Of a stretch of DNA of 64,000 bases, positions 39,105 to 49,800 are shown piece by piece. The position numbers and the translations under genes are program-made. The notes beneath the pieces were generated by a model. That model was not told the origin of the DNA. It saw only the letters and a list, made by a program, of their open reading frames with translations, and searched no databases. The number at the start of each line of letters is the position of its first letter. Position 1 is the stretch's first letter. This DNA is from a virus: the IMG/VR virus record IMGVR_UViG_3300009130_000002; one strand, written 5' to 3'.

Positions 39105-39356
39105 ATGGAAGAACAGAAAATAAGAAACGGAAGAAAGTTCAAACTAACTATCCTTCTTAGTGTTTTATGTTTGCTTGGATTCTTTGTTACTGTAACTCAC
39201 ACAGAGTTATCAAAAAATTATGAAGAACTGTGTGATACTTTAGTAACAATATTGCTTGTATACTGTGGAGGCAACGTTGGTAATAAGTGGCTAAGCGCGG
39301 CACCACCGCCTGAGACACCAAAGCCAAAAGGAGCTTCAAGAAAAAAAACAACTTAG
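39105..39356 (+). CDS. Two-TM small membrane protein, holin-like
   Basis: GRKFKLTILLSVLCLLGFFVTV and LVTILLVYCGGNVGNKW, then a Pro/Lys-rich tail. The RKF...GNVG.K layout is common in phage holin-like proteins. Confidence 0.5.
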   Translation: MEEQKIRNGRKFKLTILLSVLCLLGFFVTVTHTELSKNYEELCDTLVTILLVYCGGNVGNKWLSAAPPPETPKPKGASRKKTT

Positions 39357-39365
39357 AGGTTGTTA

Positions 39366-41546
39366 ATGTCTCTTACAAATACTGAAGAGTTGAGACTGAA
39401 GGCTATAGAAAGCAAGCTCAATACTTTTCAGAAAGCAATTAGAAATCTTGCTTCTAAAGAAGAATTAAAACAGTTACTGCTGGTGAAAGACACAGTGGAA
39501 GTAGTGTTGCGTCAAATTGTTGACGAAACTGTTAACTTGGAAGTACTAACAGATACTAACTTACAACTACCTGTACAGAATAATCAAATTCTGAGATTTG
39601 ATTCAACTGAACAAAGATGGAAGAATGTAAGCCTAAGTGATAGTGGCGGTGATGGTGGTGGTGGAAGTAGCGATGTCACTGTGTTGGGAGACCTGGCCAA
39701 TGTGACTTTACCTCAGAGCAGCAACATGGATAACCAAAGTATCCTTTGGTATAACAGTGCGCTTGACGAGTGGAGACATGCAAACGTAATTAATTCTACT
39801 GATCTTAACGATGGAACCTCAAATAATATAACTCTAGTTCCTCAAGATCAGGGCACCGTAAAGGTAGCAGCAGACTATAAAGATCGAACAGAGTTTGATG
39901 AAAACGCATTGACACCAAAAGGATATGTCGATGCTGAGTTAGCAAAGTTTTCCCCAATATCCCCCCCTGACTTTCCTAACTCTCAAACTCTATTTCTTGT
40001 TACAAGTGCAGGTGGAACTACACCAAGAACTGCGATAGGAAATAATCCAAAACTAAGTAGCGGAGCAGTTACAGATAACAGTGCTGGACAAAATCCACCA
40101 GCTACTGCAGGGCAAGCAGTTCTAAGAATTCCAAGTGGAACACTTATACATACAAATACTATTGCAGAATGTGGTCCAGGGAATAAAGGGAATCTAAATC
40201 TTTTACTAAATGGAGTATCTGCTGGGTTAATTAACTTTACGGATTCTGATGATAGTCAGATATTAGCCTCTTTAAGAATCAGCAATAATATTGATTTCCC
40301 AGATATATTTCCAGGGTTTCATATGAAATTTGATGCCAGAGGAGATAATATCAATGCTACCCAACCAGGATGGTCTAGCTTGGTTATGCAGCACAGTGAA
40401 ATAGCAGAAACTCTTGAAGTTTATTTTCTTCTGGATGATATGACAGCAAATCCTGGTTTAGTAAATCCCAATGCAGTAACAATAACAGAGTCAGCAGAAG
40501 GCACCTTAAGTTATATTACAGGCATTCCACACTATAGTTCAGATAGTAAATTGCTAATTTCTAATTTGGAAATGACAGGAGTTACAGGGGAATGTTATTT
40601 TGATGGTTCTCCGGTGGTTGCACATACAAATGAAACATCTTCTGGGGTTAACTCAAATAATAAAACCTACGAATCTATTGGAGCTGCAGGAGCAACTATA
40701 GATGGTAGCTTTATTCCAGAAGTAGATATAGGGGTTCTTGCTTTAAATCCCGTAGAATATACAGTAAATACTTCTGATGCTCCCGGTGAAATTCACCTTG
40801 CTGTTACATTTAAGAATTGTAATGGGTCGGAAACATTTGAGTTTCCTAGTCAGAAAATATTAATCAATCCCTCAAATGCTCCTGGTGGTAGTGTGAATGA
40901 AATAGCTGGCTTGCAGGTGTCAGGGCTTGGGTCACAGCCTAATAATAATAATGCTTTTAGGGGAGTTACTGGTTCTGGAGATACGCCAGACATTGATCCA
41001 GATTCTATATTCGATCATACTGCATCTTTGGTTGGCGATTTGGAAACAGCAATTACTGTAGGTGGTGTTTTAAAACATAGCGTAGAAGATTTTTCAAATA
41101 GATTGCCTGCTGGACCTGACTTATCCCAAACACCAGGAAGATCGGGAAGACAATATGCAACTTATAAATTTCAAAGAACAGGTCAAAAGAAATTCGACTT
41201 AAGAGTTGTTGGAAAAGTTTCTGGTTTGTGGATCAAACAACCACAAGCAACAGAAGCATACACAACAGCAGAACAAAACGGATGGTTTGATACAACAAAA
41301 CCATATGCAGGATCTGGTATTCCTGGAAACGGTCCTGGAGGAAATGGAGACAATAATTATGGTTGTGCTGTTTGGAATGTCAACACAGAACCACTTGTGA
41401 CTGGACAACAAACAGATCAAACAATTACTTGTACATTTGGCACTTTAAGCACGACAGGATCTTATAATAATTTTATTCTTTTAAGGATTGCTCTTGAGTC
41501 TGGAGACTCAATAACAAATCTCCAAATAAATCAAGCAACTAATTAA
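39366..41546 (+). CDS. Fibre/baseplate-appendage protein, triplet 2 member 1
   Basis: AGAGGT SD favours ATG 39366. N-terminal coiled coil shared with 52141, two L-x-D-(V/T)...Q-x-L-x-(F/W)...W shaft repeats, and a body paralogous to 41557. Confidence 0.6.
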   Translation: MSLTNTEELRLKAIESKLNTFQKAIRNLASKEELKQLLLVKDTVEVVLRQIVDETVNLEVLTDTNLQLPVQNNQILRFDSTEQRWKNVSLSDSGGDGGGGSSDVTVLGDLANVTLPQSSNMDNQSILWYNSALDEWRHANVINSTDLNDGTSNNITLVPQDQGTVKVAADYKDRTEFDENALTPKGYVDAELAKFSPISPPDFPNSQTLFLVTSAGGTTPRTAIGNNPKLSSGAVTDNSAGQNPPATAGQAVLRIPSGTLIHTNTIAECGPGNKGNLNLLLNGVSAGLINFTDSDDSQILASLRISNNIDFPDIFPGFHMKFDARGDNINATQPGWSSLVMQHSEIAETLEVYFLLDDMTANPGLVNPNAVTITESAEGTLSYITGIPHYSSDSKLLISNLEMTGVTGECYFDGSPVVAHTNETSSGVNSNNKTYESIGAAGATIDGSFIPEVDIGVLALNPVEYTVNTSDAPGEIHLAVTFKNCNGSETFEFPSQKILINPSNAPGGSVNEIAGLQVSGLGSQPNNNNAFRGVTGSGDTPDIDPDSIFDHTASLVGDLETAITVGGVLKHSVEDFSNRLPAGPDLSQTPGRSGRQYATYKFQRTGQKKFDLRVVGKVSGLWIKQPQATEAYTTAEQNGWFDTTKPYAGSGIPGNGPGGNGDNNYGCAVWNVNTEPLVTGQQTDQTITCTFGTLSTTGSYNNFILLRIALESGDSITNLQINQATN

Positions 41547-41556
41547 GGCAAATATA

Positions 41557-43866
41557 ATGGCAGTTAATGATTCAGAAAAAATTGATTTATTGATAAAGAA
41601 GCTGATCTATTCTGTATCAAAAACACAGAATGCTTCTGACTTAGCCCCTTATGAAGAGGGGGTCGCTAGCCCTCTGTGGTGTGCAGGAAATGAAATCTGG
41701 ATTAATGCAAAAGAAATTCCGGCAATTCCTCCTACTGAAAACAATGAAAATATCAAATTAGAAACAGTAAATCTAACAAGAGATGAAAGTGCAACAGGAA
41801 TTAGATCTTGGTTGGCTATAGATGGAACTGGAACTAGGTTTCAAAATTGGATTCCCAGTTCCTTTGGTCCACAGTATAGCGTAAAGCTCTACAAGGGTGA
41901 TCCTTCTTCAGGAGGAACTTTGTTATTTCAAAGCTTGGTTGATTATCTTTTTGATTATAGAAGTGGAGTCTTAAGTTTCATAGGTCAGAATGCTCCGTCT
42001 TTCACAGGTATAACTGAATCAAGCACAGATCTTTTTCTTGTTGGATATAGATATATTGGGCCAACAGATATCTCTGATTATCTAAGTGGGGGAGGAGGCG
42101 GTGGCTCAGGCGGTGGTGGCCTTGGCAACGAGATAGAGCTAGGTTCTCCTACCGACACTGACTTAACAGATGGTCGCTTAGCAAAACCACCAGCAATTAC
42201 TCTTACAGAACAAACAACAGTAACAGACGCGATAGATTCTCTAAACGAAACAATTGGATTGTTATTGCCAACAGCTCCACCTGTATTTCCGGGGGATCAA
42301 TCTTTAACATTTTCTAGTGTTGGAAACACGCCCTTTCTATGTGCAGGTGTTACTGATTATTCAGATGAGCCAACTGGTTCTGCGAACAAAGTTCTACCAG
42401 GAGATGCTGTAGTAAGAGTCATTACAGGAACAAATGTTCTTTCAAATACGATAACCTCTTGTGGACCAGGAGATGCCGGAACCCTAACTGCCACATTAAA
42501 TAAGACAACTGCTGATGAGGCAGCCATAGGAACCCCTGTTGTACTTGATAGTCAAGATAACTCAACAGACCCTAACGACAACTCGATTGAGTTAATAATC
42601 ACAAACAACACATGGTATCCAATAGAGACTCCTGGTTTTTGGCAGTCATTTGATAGCTCTCTATCTATAAACTATAACAATATTTTACCAGGAATACACA
42701 AGGCAACAATAGAGCATACTTCAGGAACGGAGTTGCACGGGTTCTTTGTTTTCGATGATTTTATCAGCAATCCCAACATCGATGCCTCCGAAATGACAAT
42801 TTCTGATGTGAACAGAAACACTGTCTACTCTTCTGGTGTTGGTCACTTTGGACAAGGGGCTAAGGTTATTCTTTCTGGTATTAAACTATCTAATATAGTC
42901 GGAAAAACTTACTATGGCGGTGACTTTATTACAGTTAGTATCTCTAACTCGCTTGATATGGGGAGTGACGTAACTCCCCTTGCAGGTGGTCCGATTTCCT
43001 ACAATCACACAGACTTTGGAAAGCCCCCAGAACTAAGCGAAACAGACTGGCAATCACCAGAAGAATTATCAAATGGAGTCGATATTTTATTAAACAATAC
43101 AGACTCTATAAAGGTTTTTCGTTTACAAATGTCAGTTACCAATGTGAATGCAACAGAAAGCATACAGCTATCTCCTACATTTCTATATGCAAACGGGAAT
43201 CCTGTTGATGCTATTGTTGAGGATGCGATCCCTGTTGTAGGCTTCTCAGGAGCAACAAATGCAGAAAGAATTAAATTTCCTGCAAGCGTTGGTTCAGCAA
43301 CAGACCAACCTATAAATGCATACACTCCCACTGATTCTGATTTTTTCTGGAATGGTGGAACATCATTTGCAAATTTATTATACGCTACTGTTGTTGGTGG
43401 GCAGATATCCCATGATACTACAAACTATCAAAGCTACTATCCTGCTGGACCAAATTATAGCGGCTCAGATCGTCAAACAAACGTGCAGTATATTACATTT
43501 AGATTTACAGGTGCAGGTATTAGCAATTTTGATATAGATATAAAAGGACAGATAAGAAAATGTTTTGTAAAACTAGAAGGAATTACAGATCAGTACAGTA
43601 GTACAAAATGGTGGTCGATGAATACGGCTGCTGAATCTGGAATACCTGGAGATATTCCAGGCCTTCCAGATGTTAGTGGTAGTCTTGGTTGCGCTTCTTC
43701 AAATACTGTGATGCCTTCTGGATCCACAATTGATGGTAGATTTAATTGTACATTCGGATTGGCTAACAGCACCAATGCTGCAAATAACGGAATACTTATT
43801 CGTTTTGTTTTGGATTCGGGAGACTACATTAAAAAACTTAGATTCGTAAATCCTTCTTCTACTTAG
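41557..43866 (+). CDS. Fibre/baseplate-appendage protein, triplet 2 member 2
   Basis: N-terminal about 170 aa paralogous to 43875 (DLLIKKL, IWINAKEIP, RSWLA, NWIP, FDYRSGVLSFIG, GYRYIG). Remaining about 550 aa paralogous to 39366 (CGPG, PGFW, QYITF, GIPG, GCA, CTFG, ILIRF-LDSGD). Confidence 0.65.
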   Translation: MAVNDSEKIDLLIKKLIYSVSKTQNASDLAPYEEGVASPLWCAGNEIWINAKEIPAIPPTENNENIKLETVNLTRDESATGIRSWLAIDGTGTRFQNWIPSSFGPQYSVKLYKGDPSSGGTLLFQSLVDYLFDYRSGVLSFIGQNAPSFTGITESSTDLFLVGYRYIGPTDISDYLSGGGGGGSGGGGLGNEIELGSPTDTDLTDGRLAKPPAITLTEQTTVTDAIDSLNETIGLLLPTAPPVFPGDQSLTFSSVGNTPFLCAGVTDYSDEPTGSANKVLPGDAVVRVITGTNVLSNTITSCGPGDAGTLTATLNKTTADEAAIGTPVVLDSQDNSTDPNDNSIELIITNNTWYPIETPGFWQSFDSSLSINYNNILPGIHKATIEHTSGTELHGFFVFDDFISNPNIDASEMTISDVNRNTVYSSGVGHFGQGAKVILSGIKLSNIVGKTYYGGDFITVSISNSLDMGSDVTPLAGGPISYNHTDFGKPPELSETDWQSPEELSNGVDILLNNTDSIKVFRLQMSVTNVNATESIQLSPTFLYANGNPVDAIVEDAIPVVGFSGATNAERIKFPASVGSATDQPINAYTPTDSDFFWNGGTSFANLLYATVVGGQISHDTTNYQSYYPAGPNYSGSDRQTNVQYITFRFTGAGISNFDIDIKGQIRKCFVKLEGITDQYSSTKWWSMNTAAESGIPGDIPGLPDVSGSLGCASSNTVMPSGSTIDGRFNCTFGLANSTNAANNGILIRFVLDSGDYIKKLRFVNPSST

Positions 43867-43874
43867 GAATAAAC

Positions 43875-46800
43875 ATGGCAATTAATCAAAATGAAATCGT
43901 AGATTTACTTTACAAAAAACTCGCATATGGCGTTGCAAAAACGAATACAGAATTAGAAAGATCTCCAACTGAAGAGAATATTCCTTCACCTGTAAGTAGT
44001 TTCGGAAACTATATTTGGATATCTGCAAGTAGCATTCCTGCGACTCCTCCAGCTTCTTCTAATGTGATCGTAGAAAGATATCAAAGAGTAGACGATCCAA
44101 CAACGCACATTGAACTTACAAGAAATACGGAAGTTTCAAATAATAGATCCTGGATGGCTAAAGATGGAAACAATGACGCATTAAGAAATTGGATTCCTCC
44201 TGTATTTGGCAGCGGTTATTCAATCAAAGTCTGGGCAGGCAATCCGCTTACTGGAGGAACTAGACTCTATCCAAAAGGAAGTGGAAATAATGATGAATTT
44301 TATTTTGATTATGATTCTGGAACATTAAATTTTATTGGAAATACTGTTCCGGTGGACGCCTTTACTAAAATCTATATAGAAGGTTACAGGTACACTGGAT
44401 CCACTGACATCGGAAGTTTTGTTGCAGATAGTCTTGGAGACTTACTTGATGTTAATTTAAGTGGAACAATAGATATAGGGCAAACAATTGTATGGGATGG
44501 AAATGAGTGGATTAACTCAATGCCTCCTGGAGGATCTGATAGCAATTTTTTGATTGTTGGTCCGCAAGCAGGAGAAGCCCTACTTTATGATCACACAGAT
44601 TCTAAATTCAAAAATCAATACTTGAATATTGAAAACCTTGGGAATGTTGGAGATCTTTCTTTACATGCAGGTGAATTTCTAAAGGTAAATGATACTGCTG
44701 ATGGTGTTGATTTTGCTTTATTCTCTTCTCTCTTTACTGCTGGAAATAAAATTGATTTAAGTGGTTCTCAAATCGGACATGAACCAGCCATGAGTCCTGT
44801 TGATTTTGCTCCAGGAGCAACAATCACAGCACAAGATTGGGTTGGAACAGAGACCCTGCATGGACAAAGATATGCAGCTTCTTTGCAATTAAAGCTATTA
44901 AAAGATATCGAGATGGATGCAGAAGGTCATGTTCTTGCTCGTGTTTGGACAGATATTACTGGAGAGCTTTATAATTATGTAGATAAAGATGAATGGCAAG
45001 AAAGATGGGACCGACACGTAAATGTAACCACCATGAGTCACAGTATATGGGACGTTGAAGAAATTACAGGTATAGATCCACAACTAAGAAATGGACTAAC
45101 AAATCAACAACTACTAATTAGAAACAGGATAACTGGAGATTCTGGAGCTACAGAGGATGTTCTTCAAGCCATTGATCATAATGGTCTTCTGGTTATAGCA
45201 GATCATATTCCAGATCCTTTGGACCCTCCTGCACATCCTACACAAAAAATTACAGAAGTTCATGCAACGCATTTGTTAGATATTGACTTAGAAGTATCAA
45301 ATCCTCCTGTTGCTGGAGATGTTCTTGCTCTGCAAGATGTGGATGGACAAGGTCAACTCAGGTGGGGCTATGCTGCACTTGGGGAGGATCAAGGCGAGAG
45401 CAACAGTGGTATTTCTTTAACTGGAAATTTTGCAAATAGTTTCGATATTTTTGTAGACAAACCGGATGGTTCAACAGACCTTAGATTTAGAGGTATCAAA
45501 TTTGTTGATGGAGGTGGAGCAGCAATTACCACCGACAATCATACATGGGATGACGGAACAGATCCCAATGCTCCTTTTCCGTTAACAGTTGGGCTGATCA
45601 AAGAAGATACTGATTTGCCAAACGTAGATACTACGTTAGAGATTGGGTTTGATCCTAGTAAAATTCGAATTTATAACCTATCAGATCAAATGAGTCCGGG
45701 TGATATCGGATACCCAACAGAGGTATTGCAGAGCTGGCGAGATGATGATCCTCAAGGATCAAGACCAGGGTCAGGAGGAGGAGTGCCAAGCACCTTTGCA
45801 ATGCAGTATGCAGATGGATGGTATTCTTGGGATGATACAACGGGAACGAATATAACTGACAAACCCAATACGTTGTCTCCTGATATGTGGGGTGCAATCC
45901 AAGGTGGAGGTGGCCAGGATAACACAACTCACAGAAGCCGAAGACTAAGGACATCTGCTAGCCCGTCTTGGCAGCAATTCTCTACTCCACCACAGAGCTT
46001 ACAGCAGCAAATAGATGACAAGTTGCAACTGAAATACTTTATTGACCATATGACCCTTGGTGGAAAAGTTGATCTATATCAAGACCCAAGTTTCGGTGGT
46101 TACTTCAGTAATACAGGTCATTACGGAACCCCAACAGATGTAACAACATCAGAGGGTTTAACAAATCCAATTTTTGCAGGTAATGGCTGGGCACATGAAG
46201 CTAAAGGTATCATATTTGATGCAAGTGACTTAAAGCACTTTGAAGAAACTGGCACATGGGGAGCATCATTTCGAGCGGATACTTCAGAGGCAGCACACCT
46301 AGCTGGAGGATATGGAAATGTAGATAATGACTGGTATAACGATGGGATAGCAGAATGGTCAATGGCACCATTCCCTGATCATTTTCATACAACAAGATCA
46401 GTAATAAAACGACACATATTAACACACGATGATAACCCGCATGGAGTAACTCATGTACATGTAAAATCAGATGAGGCTCACTGGAATGCAAATGCTTTGT
46501 CAGATGCACCACTAAATATTTCGAATCCTGAACTAGGACAAATTTTAAAATTTAATCCAAATGCTAATAATGGTGCAGGCGAATGGTATAATGCTGGTGG
46601 AGAAGCCTATGCTGGAGAATCCAACATTGGTGAAAACCATATCCCATTAGATGGGAATGGAGATCCAATCACAACTGGAGTTGGATACTTCTACAAAGAA
46701 AAAAATCACTCTGCTTTTGCATTGGTATTTAAGGGGATAAATTCTTCAAGTAACTTATTAACTGTTACTGATTCTGCAGAAGTAGTTACCTTAGGTTTTG

Positions 46801-49800
46801 ATGAAACTGCTATTAGGTTTTTAGATCTAGATTTAACAGATGCAAACGGAGCTACAGTTTGGCCTCCAAGTTTGAATACCAATACAGATGTCAATACCGA
46901 TACAAAAGCTACTGGCCAAGTTTTGGGATGGGACGGAGCAGTATGGTCAGCGGTTGATGCAATATCTAATATAGATTTAGCAAATATTCAAGATAACCAG
47001 TATCTAACTTCTAGTATTACCGGAGGAGTTATAAGCTGGGTAGGCTCTGATTATACAAAAGCCAACTACCTAGCAGGAAGTGATGGGGCTGGAGGAGCAG
47101 AATCAAAAGAAGTTACTGTTGATTATTCCACAATTCAAGATAACGAAGTTCTGGCTTATAACGCAGCAAGCAGCAGTTGGAAAGCCATTGGCCTTGGTAG
47201 CGTTGGACAAGCAAACGAACTGGACAGCTATGCTGGAACAGCCCCCGATCCACAAAATGGAATCGCAGGAGATCCGGCAGTACCCCTGGCAGCAGAAGGT
47301 ACACACAATAAAGATGGAGTTACATTATATGTAAAAGGGGTTAAAGACACAGATACAATAGTCGTTGATACTGCTCGTAGTGGTAGTCAATATATTGCCT
47401 TTAAAGTTAATCCAGTAGAAGTTAAGTTGGAAGATCTTGGAGGTTCATTAGCACCTGCTCAAATTGATACAGGTGGACAACCAGCAATTACAGCAGGTGA
47501 TCTTGGAGCTTTATCTGGAGCCGCAGGTGGAACTGGAACGCTTGGTAGCAAAATCGGAAATCTAGAAACAGAGACCGCAAGAATCGATCAAGAAAAAGCT
47601 GGGCAAGACGAACTTGATACTCTTTCTAATGCAGAAGATCCTGTCACTGGAGAAAAAACAGCTCAAGCTGCCTACGATAAGGCAGCACCAGAGTATACAA
47701 CTGGGAGTGCAGAGAATGGAAATTTAGAAACAGTTGAAGTTGATGAAGACTTAAAAATGCAACCATATGAAGTAGGGAATACAATTCCCATATGGAATGC
47801 GAACAAGCTCTTAAATGCCCCAATAGATCCATCACTAGCAGGAACAACAGATATAGTTAATGCAGATGGGGATGTTATTGGTAAAGAATATACATCAAAC
47901 TTAACTCTGCTTCAGGAAGGCAAATATCTTAAGTGGGATGGAACAAAGTGGGGACTTGGTGGCGGTGGAGAAATTGTTGAAGGTGAACATGGCCAATTTG
48001 GTTTCTTCTGGGCAAGCAATCCACTTCAGAGTACAGCAACAAATATAATTAAACCAACGGGTGGTGCATTTAATTTCTACGAAGGGAATGCATCAATTGG
48101 AGAAGAATCCAAAATTGGTATTCATACAAGTGCCCCCCCAGAAGCGCTCAGTATTGCTGGATTTTCTCCTTGCCTTGCTGTCCAACAAATTAGTAGCACA
48201 AATTACGAACCAGAAGAGCTTATCGGATGGGGCAAGCTTTATGCACGTACAGCTATTGGTGGAATCTCTGCAGAATCTAAAATTGTCTTACATTTTGATG
48301 GTCCGCATAATGCAAATTCATTTATTAATGATGGCATTGGAGAAGTATATTTTCTACCAATGCATGACGCAGATGGAAATGGAACTCTTGAATACAACAA
48401 TGTAAAAACAGTTTCAGATAAATATGTTTATGGGGATAGTTCAGGATTTTTTCCTGGAGGCTTTGGAGACTATATAGCTGGAAACAATAGCACAGATATC
48501 ACCATTGCAATGAAGCCATTTGACTTGGATTTTTGGATGATGCCTTTAGGGGATTACCCTTTAGATGCAGATGGAAATCCCGATACAAGTCAACCAAGAA
48601 ATGATCCTTCAGGCAAAAGATATCTTGTTGGTCAATATGCAATGTCAGAAAGTCGTTGGCATCTGAGTGTAGACTTTGATTCCGCTACTCATGATTTTGA
48701 ATTTTTCTATAGAGATTATGATTCTTATAACGCAACCTTTACAGACTATACGATAACTCTACAAAACCCACTATCACATCAGTTACAAGATGGGACATGG
48801 TATCATGTTGTTTTTCAAAGATATCAAGTAGATCATAATGGCGTTCAAAAAGATATGTGGGAACTCCATATTGCAGATGGAGCAGGAGGAACAGGACAAG
48901 GAGCCCCTGCAGTATCAGCAACAGGAGAGGGAATCCCTCATCAGATGGTATGGGAAAGAACAGAGCCGCCACTCTTAATCCAGTCTGTAGATGGTGAATT
49001 AATCATTGGACATGCAAACAGAAAAGGTGATGAAGGAGGAACAGGATTAAATCTTGGATTCAGAGGTTATATGGATGAATTCAGATTTCAAATTGGATCT
49101 TTTATAAACTGGACAAGTCTTTCGGTATTTAGAACATTTCTCTTGCCCTATGATACTGGTCAATCTTCTTTAATCTTTAAAGACTCTGGAGGCTCTTACG
49201 ACCTATTGAATGCAGCAGGTGTTGTTAGAAAATTATTGGATCAAGATGGAGACACAAGGGTTGAGGTTGATTTCAATGATGTCAATGACAATACAATACG
49301 TTTCAGAGCTAACGGAAATGAAGTTGCGACAATCACCAAAGATGGCTTAAATTTTGTTGGCGGGGGGACAATTGCAAGACTAGATGATCACTTAAATACA
49401 AACAATGTCAATGCAGTGGTTAGTCAAAGAGCAATCAAACAAGCTATAGATAATATATCTACTAGCAGTATTGTTGATAGTGGTGGACAAACTTATGTTC
49501 ACACAGAGCAAACCTTAAATGATTACACCATCAGAATGGTTGCTCAAGGGAACGAACAACTCGCTATTGATGCAAATGGGATTGATATAAAATCTCAGCT
49601 TAAACTTAGTGGAGTGTCTCCAGCTGAAGGAGACGCAATAATAGTTGATGCTAATGGCGACTTAACTTGGGGAACTGTTGCTGTTGATGGAATTGCTGCT
49701 GGAGGAGAAGGCAGCTTAACAACATACACAACAAGTGGAACGGAATTGGGACCAGCAACAGGACTTAGTTGGAACCTCAATCTTGTTAATCCAGAACAAA

